Assembly (NCBI GenBank): GCA_040772485.1
Contig: JAXGYC010000010.1
Coordinates: forward strand, 128,001-192,000
Length of the DNA stretch: 64,000 nucleotides
Reading direction: 5' to 3'
Origin: Sedimentisphaerales bacterium
GTDB lineage: Bacteria > Planctomycetota > Phycisphaerae > Sedimentisphaerales > Anaerobacaceae
Positions 19,068-29,183 of the stretch are shown here, one piece after another. Every line of letters begins with the position of its first letter. Within the stretch, counting starts at the first letter, position 1. The notes under the pieces were generated by a model, which saw only the letters and a program-made list of their open reading frames with translations, made no database searches and was not told the DNA's origin. Both the position numbers and the translations under genes were made by a program.

Positions 19068-20189
19068 ATGGATTTGCCGGCGGAAAACCCCTTTGCATCA
19101 GCCCAGAAGCGACTGGTTTCGCTCGACGCCCTTCGCGGTTTCGACATGTTCTGGATCATCGGCGGAGGCTGGATCGTCAGCGGCCTGGCCAAGGGGCTCA
19201 ACAGCGAGTGGTTCAACCAGTACATCGTTCCGCACGCCGAGCACGTGCCCTGGGAAGGGTTCGTCGCGTGGGACCTGATCATGCCGCTGTTCCTGTTCGT
19301 GGTCGGAACCGCGATGCCGTATTCCTTCGCCAAGCGGCTCGAACAAGGCCACCCCAAGGGCAGGCTCTACGTGCACATCCTCTTTCGCGTGGTCGTTCTC
19401 TGGATTCTGGGCATGATCGCTCAGGGCCGGCTGCTGGAGTACGATCTGTCGAAGCTGCGTCTGTACAGCAACACGCTTCAGGCCATCGCGGCCGGCTACT
19501 TGATCGCTTCGGTCATCCTGCTGAACCTGCGGGTCTGGGGGCAGTTGGCGGTCACGGTCGCCCTGCTCTTGCTGTACTGGGCGCTGATGATGTTGGTCCC
19601 GGTGCCCGGATTCGGCCCCGGCCAACTGACGCCGGAGGGCAACCTGGCGATCTACATCGACAAGCTGATCCTGGGCCCCTATCAGGACGGCACTTCCTAT
19701 ACGTGGATCCTCAGCGGCATGACGTTCGCGTGCACTGTCATGATGGGCGCCTTGGCGGGCCAATTGCTCCGGTCCGACTTGGGCAAGACTCGAAAGGTGC
19801 TCTTCCTGCTGGCTTCCGGCGTCGCCTGCATCTGGATCGGCTGGGCCTGGGGGCTGGTCTTCCCGATCATCAAGCACATCTGGACCAGCTCGATGGTGCT
19901 CTATGCGGGCGGCTGGAGCCTGGTGCTGCTCGGGCTGTTCTACCTCGCCTTTGACATGCTGCCGCTTCGTTTCCTGGCGTTTCCGTTCGTCGTGATCGGG
20001 ATGAACGCCATCGCCGTCTATATGATTACACGCGTGTACGACTTCCGGCACCTCGGCGACATCGTCGTCTCGGGTCTGTCGCGATGGACCGGCGACTGGC
20101 ACGACTTCGTTCGCGCGGTGGCCGGCGTTCTCGTGATCTGGCTGATTCTGTTCTTCATGTACCGCAAGAGGACCTTCATCAAGGTCTGA
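19068..20189 (+). CDS. DUF5009 / HGSNAT-like (NagX-type) membrane acyltransferase
   Basis: RLVSLDALRGFDM, WDLIMPLFLFVVG, PIIKHIWTSS, GMNAI motifs. Confidence 0.9.
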   Translation: MDLPAENPFASAQKRLVSLDALRGFDMFWIIGGGWIVSGLAKGLNSEWFNQYIVPHAEHVPWEGFVAWDLIMPLFLFVVGTAMPYSFAKRLEQGHPKGRLYVHILFRVVVLWILGMIAQGRLLEYDLSKLRLYSNTLQAIAAGYLIASVILLNLRVWGQLAVTVALLLLYWALMMLVPVPGFGPGQLTPEGNLAIYIDKLILGPYQDGTSYTWILSGMTFACTVMMGALAGQLLRSDLGKTRKVLFLLASGVACIWIGWAWGLVFPIIKHIWTSSMVLYAGGWSLVLLGLFYLAFDMLPLRFLAFPFVVIGMNAIAVYMITRVYDFRHLGDIVVSGLSRWTGDWHDFVRAVAGVLVIWLILFFMYRKRTFIKV

Positions 20190-20246
20190 CACGCGCATCG
20201 ATGCCCCAAGGGGCGATACTCATCGTCATCGCAAGGAGATTGGTTC

Positions 20247-21275
20247 ATGAAGGCGCTCGTCAAGAGCAAGGCGGAGCCGGGACTGTGGCTGGAAGAGGTT
20301 CCCATGCCCCGGATCGGCATCAACGACATCCTGATCCAGGTCGTCAAGACTGCGATCTGCGGGACCGACGTGCACATCTACAACTGGGACGCCTGGGCGC
20401 AGAAGACCATCCGCGTGCCCATGGCCATCGGACACGAGTTCGTCGGTCGGATCGTGGAGATCGGCAGCAACGTCCACGACTTCGCGGTCGGCGATCTGGT
20501 CAGCGCCGAAGGGCACGTGGTCTGCGGGCGCTGCCGCAACTGCCTGGCGGGCCGGCGGCATCTTTGCACGGCTCCAAAGGGAATCGGGGTCAATCGCGAC
20601 GGCGCGTTCGCCGAGTACATCTCCGTGCCCGTGACCAACGTCTGGTACTGTGACACGTCCATCCCGACGGACGTTTTGAGTTGCTTCGATCCGCTGGGCA
20701 ACGCGGCGCACACGGCACTGAGCTTTAACTTGGTCGGGGAAGACGTGCTCATCACCGGCGCCGGCCCGATCGGGTGCATGGCGGCCGGCATTGCCAGGAA
20801 GGTCGGCGCACGGCACGTCGTCGTTACCGACGTCAACCCCTACCGGCTCGAACTGGCGAAGAAGATGGGCGCGACGCTGACCCTCGATGTTCGCAACGGT
20901 TCTCTGGCGGACGCGCAGAAGCAGCTCGGCATGAAAGAGGGATTCGACGTCGGCATGGAGATGTCGGGCAATCCCGAGGCGCTTCGCGAGATGATCGCCA
21001 ACATGGCCCACGGAGGCAAGATCGCCCTGCTGGGCATCCTGCCCCGCACTGAAATCGAGTGGGACTTCGTCGTATTCAACGGACTGACCCTCAAGGGCAT
21101 CTACGGGCGGGAGATGTACGAGACATGGTACAAGGTCACGATGCTGATCCAGGGCGGACTGGACCTGAAGCCCTTGATTACCCATCGGTTCCACTACACC
21201 GAGTTTCAGAAGGGCTTTGACGCCATGCGCTCGGGCAATTCCGGCAAGGTCGTGCTGACCTGGCACGACCAGTAG
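20247..21275 (+). CDS. tdh: L-threonine 3-dehydrogenase
   Basis: [45 protein letters not shown]. Confidence 0.97.
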   Translation: MKALVKSKAEPGLWLEEVPMPRIGINDILIQVVKTAICGTDVHIYNWDAWAQKTIRVPMAIGHEFVGRIVEIGSNVHDFAVGDLVSAEGHVVCGRCRNCLAGRRHLCTAPKGIGVNRDGAFAEYISVPVTNVWYCDTSIPTDVLSCFDPLGNAAHTALSFNLVGEDVLITGAGPIGCMAAGIARKVGARHVVVTDVNPYRLELAKKMGATLTLDVRNGSLADAQKQLGMKEGFDVGMEMSGNPEALREMIANMAHGGKIALLGILPRTEIEWDFVVFNGLTLKGIYGREMYETWYKVTMLIQGGLDLKPLITHRFHYTEFQKGFDAMRSGNSGKVVLTWHDQ

Positions 21276-21322
21276 GGGCGAATGATTATTCGCCCGTACC
21301 AGGGCGAATCATGATTCGCCCT
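21272..21322. repeat. GTAG-family REP doublet between tdh and kbl
   Basis: GTAGGGGCGAATGATTATTCGCCCGTAC followed by AGGGCGAATCATGATTCGCCCT. Confidence 0.75.
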
Positions 21323-21345
21323 CGCGCCCGCAGGAGGACACGAGT

Positions 21346-22536
21346 ATGTATCGGGACATGAAAACGCACCTCTCGCAGCAGTTGGCGGAGATTCGCCAGG
21401 GGGGCCTGGAGAAACCGGAGCGGGTCATCACCAGCCCGCAGAGCAACCGTATCACCACCTCTTCCGGCCAATCCGTGCTCAACATGTGCGCGAACAACTA
21501 TCTGGGTCTGGCCAACCATCCGGCGGTGATGGCGGCCGCTCGCGAGAGCTACGAGAAGTGGGGTTTCGGCCTGGCCTCCGTGCGATTCATCTGCGGCACG
21601 CAGCAGATCCACAAGGACCTTGAGGCCGCCGTCACGCGGTTTCTCGGAACCGAGGACACGATCGTCTACGGCTCGTGCTTCGACGCGAACGGCGGTCTGT
21701 TCGAGACGCTGCTGGGTCCGGAAGACACGATCATCAGCGACCAGTTGAACCACGCGAGCATCATCGACGGGGTGCGGCTGTGCAAGGCGCAGCGGCTTCG
21801 CTACAACAACAGCGACATGGCCGACCTGGAAGAGCAACTCAAGGCCGCCCGGTCCGCGCGATTCCGGCTGATCGCCACCGACGGCGTCTTCTCGATGGAC
21901 GGCTACGTCGCCAAACTCGACGCCATCTGCGAACTGGCCGACCGCTACGACGCGATGGTGATGATCGACGACTGTCACGCCACCGGAGTGATCGGCAAGA
22001 CCGGCCGGGGCACGCCCGAGTATCGCAGCGTCATGGGACGCGTTGACGTCATCACCGGGACGTTCGGCAAGGCGCTGGGCGGCGCCAGCGGCGGCTTCAC
22101 CTCGGGACGCAAGGAGATCATCGCCATGCTGCGGCAGCGCAGCCGGCCGTATCTGTTCTCCAATACGCTGGCTCCGGCGGTGGCGGCCGGCTCGATCAAG
22201 GCCCTGGAACTGCTCAGCAAGTCGACCGAACTGCTGGATCGTCTGGCCGATAACACACGGTACTTCCGGCAGCACATCGCCAGGACGGGGCTGAAGGTGC
22301 TGCCCGGCGATCACCCGATCACGCCGATCATCCTCGGAGAAGCGACGCTGGCCCAGGAGATGGCCCAGCGCCTGCTGGCCAAGGGCCTGTACGTAATCGG
22401 CTTCTCGTTCCCGGTCGTGCCGAAGGGACAGGCGCGGATTCGCACGCAGGTCTCGGCCGCCCACACGCGAGACGATCTGGATTTCGCCGTCGAGCAGTTC
22501 GCCGAGGTGGCCAGGGAGCTACACCTGACGACATAG
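21346..22536 (+). CDS. kbl: Glycine C-acetyltransferase (2-amino-3-ketobutyrate CoA ligase)
   Basis: [33 protein letters not shown] (PLP Lys), RPYLFSN. Confidence 0.97.
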   Translation: MYRDMKTHLSQQLAEIRQGGLEKPERVITSPQSNRITTSSGQSVLNMCANNYLGLANHPAVMAAARESYEKWGFGLASVRFICGTQQIHKDLEAAVTRFLGTEDTIVYGSCFDANGGLFETLLGPEDTIISDQLNHASIIDGVRLCKAQRLRYNNSDMADLEEQLKAARSARFRLIATDGVFSMDGYVAKLDAICELADRYDAMVMIDDCHATGVIGKTGRGTPEYRSVMGRVDVITGTFGKALGGASGGFTSGRKEIIAMLRQRSRPYLFSNTLAPAVAAGSIKALELLSKSTELLDRLADNTRYFRQHIARTGLKVLPGDHPITPIILGEATLAQEMAQRLLAKGLYVIGFSFPVVPKGQARIRTQVSAAHTRDDLDFAVEQFAEVARELHLTT

Positions 22537-22561
22537 AACGAATCGTTGCGAGGGCAGAACC

Positions 22562-24595
22562 ATGACCAGTGCATTGAATCGCCGCCACTTTCTGGAGGCC
22601 GCAGGCGCAACCGTGGTCGGCCTGCCGTTGGCCGCGACACTTTGGGCGCAAGACGCTCCGTCCGCACAATCCGCAGCCCTCCCGCCGGAGTGGCTCAATC
22701 CACCGACGGAGTTCTCCCAGGCGCCGTTCTGGTTCTGGAACGACGATCTGTCCGAGGCCGAGCTGCTTCGCCAGATCGATGACTTCCGCGAGCACGGAGT
22801 CCATGCGTTTCTGATCCATCCGCGAGCGGGACTGCCCCGGACCATCGGCTGGATGAGCGAACGCATGATCGAACTGATGCGGTTCGCCATCGAGCGGGCG
22901 GCCGAGCGGGACATGTGGGTGATCCTCTACGATGAAGGGATGTACCCGAGCGGCTCGTCCAGCGGCCAGGTGGTCGCGGAGAATCCCGCCTTTCGCACAC
23001 GCGGCCTGGTCTGCATCGACCTGGACGAAGCAACCCCGGGAGCAGAGACGCAGGGCGTGCGGATCGACGCGGAGGGCAAGCCCGATCTGGCCGCAGGACA
23101 GACGCTCGTAGCGATGGTTCGCCGCAAGAGCAACGGCCATCGTGTGGCCATCATCGACCGGCCCGCCCGCGAGGGTCGCTCGGTCATTCGGGGCCTTCAC
23201 TTCGTGGACGACGACCCGCCCCGCCGCACCGACCGTCGGGAAGTCCCCGAGAACCAGCCGCCGGGAGCCGATATCCTCAATCCCGAATCCGTGGCGTGTT
23301 TCATTCGCCTCGTCTACCAGCGGTACTACGATCAGTTCGGCCCTCACTTCGGCAAGACCGTCAAGGCCATCTTCACCGATGAGCCGTCGCTCCTGGCGCG
23401 GGGCGCCGAGCGCGGCATGGTTCCGGGCACGACGGGCATTCTCGAACACATCAACCGCTTCCTGGGCTACGACTTCACGGAATACCTGCCCGCTCTGTGG
23501 TACGAGGACGAGCCGGAAGCCCAGATGCGGCGGCGCGACTACAACCGGGCCATTCAGGCGAGGCTCGAAGAAACGTTCTACCGGCAGATCTCCGACTGGT
23601 GCAGCGCTCACGGCGTGGCCCTGACAGGCCATCCGATGGGCCCGGACGACATCGGCCACCTGCGGCACTTTCACATTCCCGGACAGGATATCGTTTGGCG
23701 CTACATCGAGCCGGGCAAGGCCAGCGCCATTGAGGGCGCCCAGTCCACACAAGCCAAGTGCGCCTCGTCTGCGATGATTCACCTCAAGCGTCGTCGCAAC
23801 CTGAACGAGTGCTGCGGAGCTTACGGGCACAACTTCACGTTCGAGGAGATGCAGTGGCTGGCCCACTGGCTGCTGGTGCGAGGGTGCAACCTGTTCGTTC
23901 CGCACGCGTTCTACTACTCCATTCGCGGCCCGCGGATCGACGAGCGGCCGCCCGATGTCGGCCCCAACAGCCCGTGGTGGCCGCAATACAAACCGTTTGC
24001 ACAGGAGACGTCGCGCCTCTGCTGGCTGAACACCGACAGCACACACGTCTGCGAGCTGGCGATCCTCGGAAGGAACGACCATTTGCCCCGGCAGGCGGCG
24101 AAGGTTTGCCTCCAGCATCAGCGTGATTTCAACTACCTCGAAGCGAGGCACCTGTGGGAAGACGCCCGGGTCGACTCCGAGGGCATTCGCATCGCCGGGA
24201 TGCACTATCGCGCGCTGATCGTCGAAGACGATGTACCCGAGAAGGCCAACGGCGCGATCGACATCCTGACCGGCGCCGGACGCATGATTCGGTGGCACGA
24301 GACGCTCCAACCTGAAGCGCTCGTCGACACCATCGACGAACGGGTTCGGCCGGACGTACGGGTCTCACCGGCCACGCCGGACCTGCGGGTCCGGCACGTG
24401 CGCAAACTGGGCACGGACTACTACCTGCTGTTCAACGAAGGCGAAGGCGATCTCAACGTGCGGCTGAAACTCGCCGCAGAGGGTGAACGAACCCTGCTCG
24501 ACCCGATCACGGGACATCCGCAGGCGGTAGCAAGCGGCGACACGGTGTCGTTGACGCGACACGCAATGCGTGTGCTGGCGGTTCGGCGGAGTTGA
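22562..24595 (+). CDS. Tat-exported glycoside hydrolase (GH106/alpha-L-rhamnosidase-like)
   Basis: Tat signal NRRHFLEAAG; PFWFWN, LYDEGMYPSG, IFTDEP, TGHP, FVPHAFYY motifs. Confidence 0.8.
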   Translation: MTSALNRRHFLEAAGATVVGLPLAATLWAQDAPSAQSAALPPEWLNPPTEFSQAPFWFWNDDLSEAELLRQIDDFREHGVHAFLIHPRAGLPRTIGWMSERMIELMRFAIERAAERDMWVILYDEGMYPSGSSSGQVVAENPAFRTRGLVCIDLDEATPGAETQGVRIDAEGKPDLAAGQTLVAMVRRKSNGHRVAIIDRPAREGRSVIRGLHFVDDDPPRRTDRREVPENQPPGADILNPESVACFIRLVYQRYYDQFGPHFGKTVKAIFTDEPSLLARGAERGMVPGTTGILEHINRFLGYDFTEYLPALWYEDEPEAQMRRRDYNRAIQARLEETFYRQISDWCSAHGVALTGHPMGPDDIGHLRHFHIPGQDIVWRYIEPGKASAIEGAQSTQAKCASSAMIHLKRRRNLNECCGAYGHNFTFEEMQWLAHWLLVRGCNLFVPHAFYYSIRGPRIDERPPDVGPNSPWWPQYKPFAQETSRLCWLNTDSTHVCELAILGRNDHLPRQAAKVCLQHQRDFNYLEARHLWEDARVDSEGIRIAGMHYRALIVEDDVPEKANGAIDILTGAGRMIRWHETLQPEALVDTIDERVRPDVRVSPATPDLRVRHVRKLGTDYYLLFNEGEGDLNVRLKLAAEGERTLLDPITGHPQAVASGDTVSLTRHAMRVLAVRRS

Positions 24596-24603
24596 TCCCC
24601 CTC

Positions 24604-27600
24604 TCACGGAGCGTATCGGCCTCGCGCAGCGCCGACCGAAGGCGTGGCGCCTTGCCAATTGTTCGGATCGTCGCTGTAGCGATCGGCCCTCGTTCGCGAC
24701 AGCGACAGGCCTGAGCCGTCGGCCCCGGCCGGCCAGAGATCACGCCCGGCGGGGAAATCCTCATGCCGGGAACCATCACTATAGCGGACGCGTTCCACAC
24801 ATATCCATTCGCGCTGCCCATCGTCCGCAAGATCGCCCGGCACGCTAAGCTGGATCGTCCCTGTGGCGTTGTTCAGCAACCCGATGCCCCACTCCAGGAT
24901 CTGCGCCGACATGCCGACGGAATAGGCGCTTGCGAGCAGGGCGCGGTCCTTGGTCAGCACGAGATAGCGTTTCGGCGACAGGGTGACCGGAGGGTCGTCC
25001 GGAAAGAGAAACTCGACGCTCGGGTAGTCGGGGTCGTCGCTGAGCCGCCACGGAGTCTCCCTCTCGAAATCGTAAAACACTACGTCGCTGTCGCCGATGT
25101 TGAGCAGCTCGATGTACTCGGCGTGCTGGGACAGCCCCGGATTGTACATGATCTCGGTGATGACGACGGGCCCGACCTGGGGGTAAGTGTTGCGCTGCCC
25201 CGGCGTCGGCTGGCTCATGGCGGCGAAGTGGCTCGCCCCCGTACTGGTCCGGTGCCGGCCGAGGGTCACGCCCGATGCGGAAGGCCCGAACGCCACCGCC
25301 TCGCTGTAGCCGGTCAGAACGCCGGAGGAGCCTGAATGCAGGTACAGGGTTTCGCCACTGCGACTGAGGCCGAACGCCCTGTGGCATCCGGGGTCGCCCT
25401 CATTGCCGAAGTGCTGGTCTTCGCTCAGCACAAGGCACCCCTGCGCCGGGATCGTCGTGCCCGGCGCAATCTCGTACCGAGTCAGGTCGTTGGCGCTGTC
25501 GCTCAGGAACCAGCCGCCGACGTCAACCGGCTCGTCGGTGGTGTTGTGAAGCTCGATCCAGTCGGGAACCCCTCCGGAGGAATTGGCCAGAAGCTCGTTG
25601 ATGACGATCGCCCCGGGAGCCGGAACCAGGCCGGTGTCATCGAAGCCGGGCGAACCGCCTGCCACGGCGCTGGGACGCCAGGCGTCCCCGTGATTCCATG
25701 CATTCGTTCCGCGAGGGTTCCTAGCGGTGAGGGAGAAATCCGCCCCGTCGGTGATCCCATACCAGTCGTCGCGGTAGCGAACCGTCTGGATGACCGCGCC
25801 GGCGGCATCGCAGACCTCGATCTGCTCGCCCGCGTTGTTGAGACTGCCCGTATACTGCCCGGCGACGGGCAGACCGGCGCCATAACTCGCTTCGAAGGTC
25901 GCAAGGTCTTTGACCACCAGCAGATGGCCTCCCGGCGTCAGTTCAACGTCCGGGAAGACGAAATCGATCCCGTCGGTGAACCGGACCAGGTTGAGGTTGA
26001 CCGGCACAGGCCCGACGTTGGTCAGTTCCAAGTACTCGGCATTCGGATCGACCGGATGATACATGATCTCGCTGATGCGAAGACTCTCGGCGACCGGGCC
26101 AACCGCAAACGTCGCCTCATTGAGAGCGCTCCAGACGCCTCCCACCAGGGCGCGGGCCTTGACGTGCGTGCTGGTCGTCAGCGGAATCGGACCGGTGTAG
26201 CGAAGGGCGTCCTCGGGCTCCTCCACGGTTACCCTGTCCGCCACTTCAAGCTCGGCGGCGATCAGGAAGTCGGAACTCGTCGGCGAGACGTTCAGGCCGT
26301 GGATGGCCAGGAGGTTGTAGCCGCTTCGCAGGCTTGGGATATGCGCGGAGATGTCCACCGCCTCGAAGACCACCGCGGCGGCATCGTCGTGGGACGCGCT
26401 GGCGACGGAGTTCCACGCCGGCTCGCCGCTACAGTTGCGGCGAGCTACCTCGGTCCCGTTGAGGTAGGCGACGAACCCATCGTCGTATCGCATCTTCAGC
26501 GTCATCGTGTGGAGGGCGCTCCGATCGCCTGTGAACTCGAACGGAATGCGGATGTAGCACGAACCGTTGACGCCGTACATCTGCTCTTCGACGTCGACGC
26601 TGATGTAGCTCTCGTATCCGCTGCCCCGCTCGAAGCCGATGCCGCCAGGCGAGCCGCGAGCGATCGTCCACTGCGAGTCCTCGTAGGCGCGTGGATTCGT
26701 CCAGTTCTCCAAGTCGGGGCCCGTCGGGACCCGCACGTACTTGGCGGCGCTCTGAGGCACAAGTCTGGTGATGGTCGGCGGTATGGCCGCCTGGGCCTCG
26801 CCCGGATCGGTCCCGTCCAGACTGTAGTAGACATTGGCGCCATTGTACGGCGGGATCAGATAGAGCAGGTCGCCGGCCGAGGCGTAGCCCCCCTGCCGAT
26901 ACGACGTGTTGACCGCAAGAATCGGCCCATCGAACGTGTACAGCCCCTCGTTCATGCAGGCGGCCATGAAGATATCCGCACGGCCCGGCAGCCACGTGTT
27001 GAGGATATAGCTGTTCATGTTGCCGATCACGCCCTGAAGCTCGTCGCGAAGCGCGTTGAATCGCGCATGCACGTTCTGCGAGGCCAGAGCGCCGCCGTTG
27101 TAGAAATGCCTGTAGAGCCGGTCGCCAAAGAGCTGGCGGAACTGCCGGCTGGACTTGAGGGCGCGGTAGAGAATCCCGTTGGCGTTGCTCTGGCTGTTAA
27201 GCTCGGACAACCGGTTGACGGTCAACTGGTTCGACTCGAAGGTCCCTTCTGCGTCCCAGACGAAGAACTTCCACCGACCGGTCGGCGACCGCTCGGCGGC
27301 GGCGGCCCAGTTGTTCTGCGGCCAGTCCCAGTCGTTGGGCCACAGGCGGATGATGAGGTAATCGACAAACGAGGGGATGTCGAGCAGCCGGCCCATCTGC
27401 TCGTAGTCTGCGGCGTCATCGAGGTTGTGCGTGCGGGCAAACTCCATCATCGCGTCCCACGACCGCGTGTCGCCGTCACGGATGCCGTTCATGGTCATCA
27501 CGTCCCACGGCCGGTCGCTGTCGAACCACTGCTGGCAGGCCTCTTCCTTGATGTGCTCGGTCGGATTGAAGTAGCCCTTGTATTCGCCGTTGATGAACAG

Positions 27601-28953
27601 GTTCGCCATGGTCCCGAGGGCCGCGGTATTGCCCATGTCCTTGTGCAGGCGGCGCAGCAGCTCGTCCTTGATGAAGGGATTGCTCTGGTCGTTGTGGCCG
27701 GCGCGAAGAACGATGCTCTTGAACCGTTCGGCGTTCGATTCGGCGAACAGCGGCTGCTCCAGCCAGCTCGCCCCATACTGGCCCCGGAAGTAGAGCCGGA
27801 GGCTGAACTTTCCGCTGCCCGACCAGCGACCGCTCTGTCGCACATAGCGGGGACGCATGTAGGGGCTGCCGTGGACGCGCAGGCCGCAGTCAATCTGAAA
27901 CGCGCCGTCGTCCTGCGGGATGAGCCATTCGCATGAGACGGGCCGTTCCAGATCCCGGTCGTTGGGGTTGTTGTAGCTGTCAGGCCCGCTGGATGTCCAA
28001 ACGCCGTTGACGTAGGAGCCTCCGACGATGGCCATGACCCCGTCCGGCTCATAGAAGGTCTTGCCGGGGTCGCCCACCAGCGAGATCACCGGCAGCGACC
28101 GAATGCTCTCCGAGGCGCCGAGGATATACGTGTGCGTGTGGACCTTCGAGGGCTTCCAGCCGGGCTTGATCGCCATCGCGCGCAGGCACGTGGTCGTGCC
28201 GACCCGCAGGGGTGCCGCATAGGGCCGACCGGGCGGGAAACGGCCCGACTCGTCGTTGGGGACCCGGCCGTTGGTGGTGTAGATGATCTCGGCCCCCTCG
28301 GTGGCGCATGTGATGACCAGGTCGAACGTTCCATCGTAGAAGCCGCGCTCGTGGCTGAACCGCAGCGGAGCCACCTCGCCGAGATAGCCTTCGTTGTTGG
28401 GCTGGCCCGGCGTGGGAAGACCGAAGAACCGCAGAGCGTCCCCGCCGTCGGGATGGCGACCGAACGACACGTCGGCCGTCTGTTCGCCAAAGGCCAGACG
28501 ATCGATCAGGGTCGTCCCATCGGCGTCCAACAGGCAAACCTCGTCCCCGGAGGCATCGAGCTTGAAACTCGCGTGAAGCTTGAACATCGGGTGGATGCCG
28601 CCGTCGTTCACCTCCTCGTCGGCCCAGACAATCAGAAACCCTCCGGGTCCGATGGTCGTTACGTCAGGCTCGTCGGTGGGGAACCGCCACTTCACCGGTT
28701 CGGTCGGGTCGTCCGTCAGGTACATCCCCCCCACGTCCAACGGCGTCCGGCCGGCGTTGTAGATTTCGATCCAGTCGTCGAAATCCAACTGAAGGTCGCG
28801 AACGGTGCTGACGTTCGAGGCCATCACCTCGTTGATGAACAGCCCAATCCCCGCGGCGCCCGCTTCCTGCGTCAGATCGGCCGCGCCGCTCGATCCGGCC
28901 GTGGCCGCCGCCAGCCATCCACAGAACAGACACGTCGCAATCGCATTTCGCAT
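24604..28953 (-). CDS. Secreted lamin-tail-domain / CotH kinase family protein
   Basis: Four LTD-like units (INEVMA, ISEIMY, INELLA, ITEIMY); chitobiase/Fn3-like IYTTNG; CotH motifs LRAGHND, DWPQNNW, FVWDAE. Confidence 0.88.
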   Translation of the reverse strand: MRNAIATCLFCGWLAAATAGSSGAADLTQEAGAAGIGLFINEVMASNVSTVRDLQLDFDDWIEIYNAGRTPLDVGGMYLTDDPTEPVKWRFPTDEPDVTTIGPGGFLIVWADEEVNDGGIHPMFKLHASFKLDASGDEVCLLDADGTTLIDRLAFGEQTADVSFGRHPDGGDALRFFGLPTPGQPNNEGYLGEVAPLRFSHERGFYDGTFDLVITCATEGAEIIYTTNGRVPNDESGRFPPGRPYAAPLRVGTTTCLRAMAIKPGWKPSKVHTHTYILGASESIRSLPVISLVGDPGKTFYEPDGVMAIVGGSYVNGVWTSSGPDSYNNPNDRDLERPVSCEWLIPQDDGAFQIDCGLRVHGSPYMRPRYVRQSGRWSGSGKFSLRLYFRGQYGASWLEQPLFAESNAERFKSIVLRAGHNDQSNPFIKDELLRRLHKDMGNTAALGTMANLFINGEYKGYFNPTEHIKEEACQQWFDSDRPWDVMTMNGIRDGDTRSWDAMMEFARTHNLDDAADYEQMGRLLDIPSFVDYLIIRLWPNDWDWPQNNWAAAAERSPTGRWKFFVWDAEGTFESNQLTVNRLSELNSQSNANGILYRALKSSRQFRQLFGDRLYRHFYNGGALASQNVHARFNALRDELQGVIGNMNSYILNTWLPGRADIFMAACMNEGLYTFDGPILAVNTSYRQGGYASAGDLLYLIPPYNGANVYYSLDGTDPGEAQAAIPPTITRLVPQSAAKYVRVPTGPDLENWTNPRAYEDSQWTIARGSPGGIGFERGSGYESYISVDVEEQMYGVNGSCYIRIPFEFTGDRSALHTMTLKMRYDDGFVAYLNGTEVARRNCSGEPAWNSVASASHDDAAAVVFEAVDISAHIPSLRSGYNLLAIHGLNVSPTSSDFLIAAELEVADRVTVEEPEDALRYTGPIPLTTSTHVKARALVGGVWSALNEATFAVGPVAESLRISEIMYHPVDPNAEYLELTNVGPVPVNLNLVRFTDGIDFVFPDVELTPGGHLLVVKDLATFEASYGAGLPVAGQYTGSLNNAGEQIEVCDAAGAVIQTVRYRDDWYGITDGADFSLTARNPRGTNAWNHGDAWRPSAVAGGSPGFDDTGLVPAPGAIVINELLANSSGGVPDWIELHNTTDEPVDVGGWFLSDSANDLTRYEIAPGTTIPAQGCLVLSEDQHFGNEGDPGCHRAFGLSRSGETLYLHSGSSGVLTGYSEAVAFGPSASGVTLGRHRTSTGASHFAAMSQPTPGQRNTYPQVGPVVITEIMYNPGLSQHAEYIELLNIGDSDVVFYDFERETPWRLSDDPDYPSVEFLFPDDPPVTLSPKRYLVLTKDRALLASAYSVGMSAQILEWGIGLLNNATGTIQLSVPGDLADDGQREWICVERVRYSDGSRHEDFPAGRDLWPAGADGSGLSLSRTRADRYSDDPNNWQGATPSVGAARGRYAP

Positions 28954-29183
28954 GGTTGGTCCTTACACCCCATCTCCTCACCGGCAGCACGTGGGCATGC
29001 CATAGTATAGCAGATGCACCCGCGAAAATCGAGCGACATCTGCTGTAGTCCGGCCAACAAAACAGTTGCTCCCCAATGCCGAGGTGATTATCTTGACCGC
29101 GACGTGGGTGCGTTCTTGGCGACGCCTGCACTCTTGCACGACATGCAGTGACAACGGCTACGGAAGGGTAGTGCGCTCGTAAG

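Noticed and set aside
25336..27936. 866-aa + strand ORF
   Set aside because: Antisense to the CotH/LTD gene; no protein-like motifs
28954..29183. Mg2+ (M-box) riboswitch upstream of mgtE
   Set aside because: No recognisable consensus; short region shared with a divergent gene
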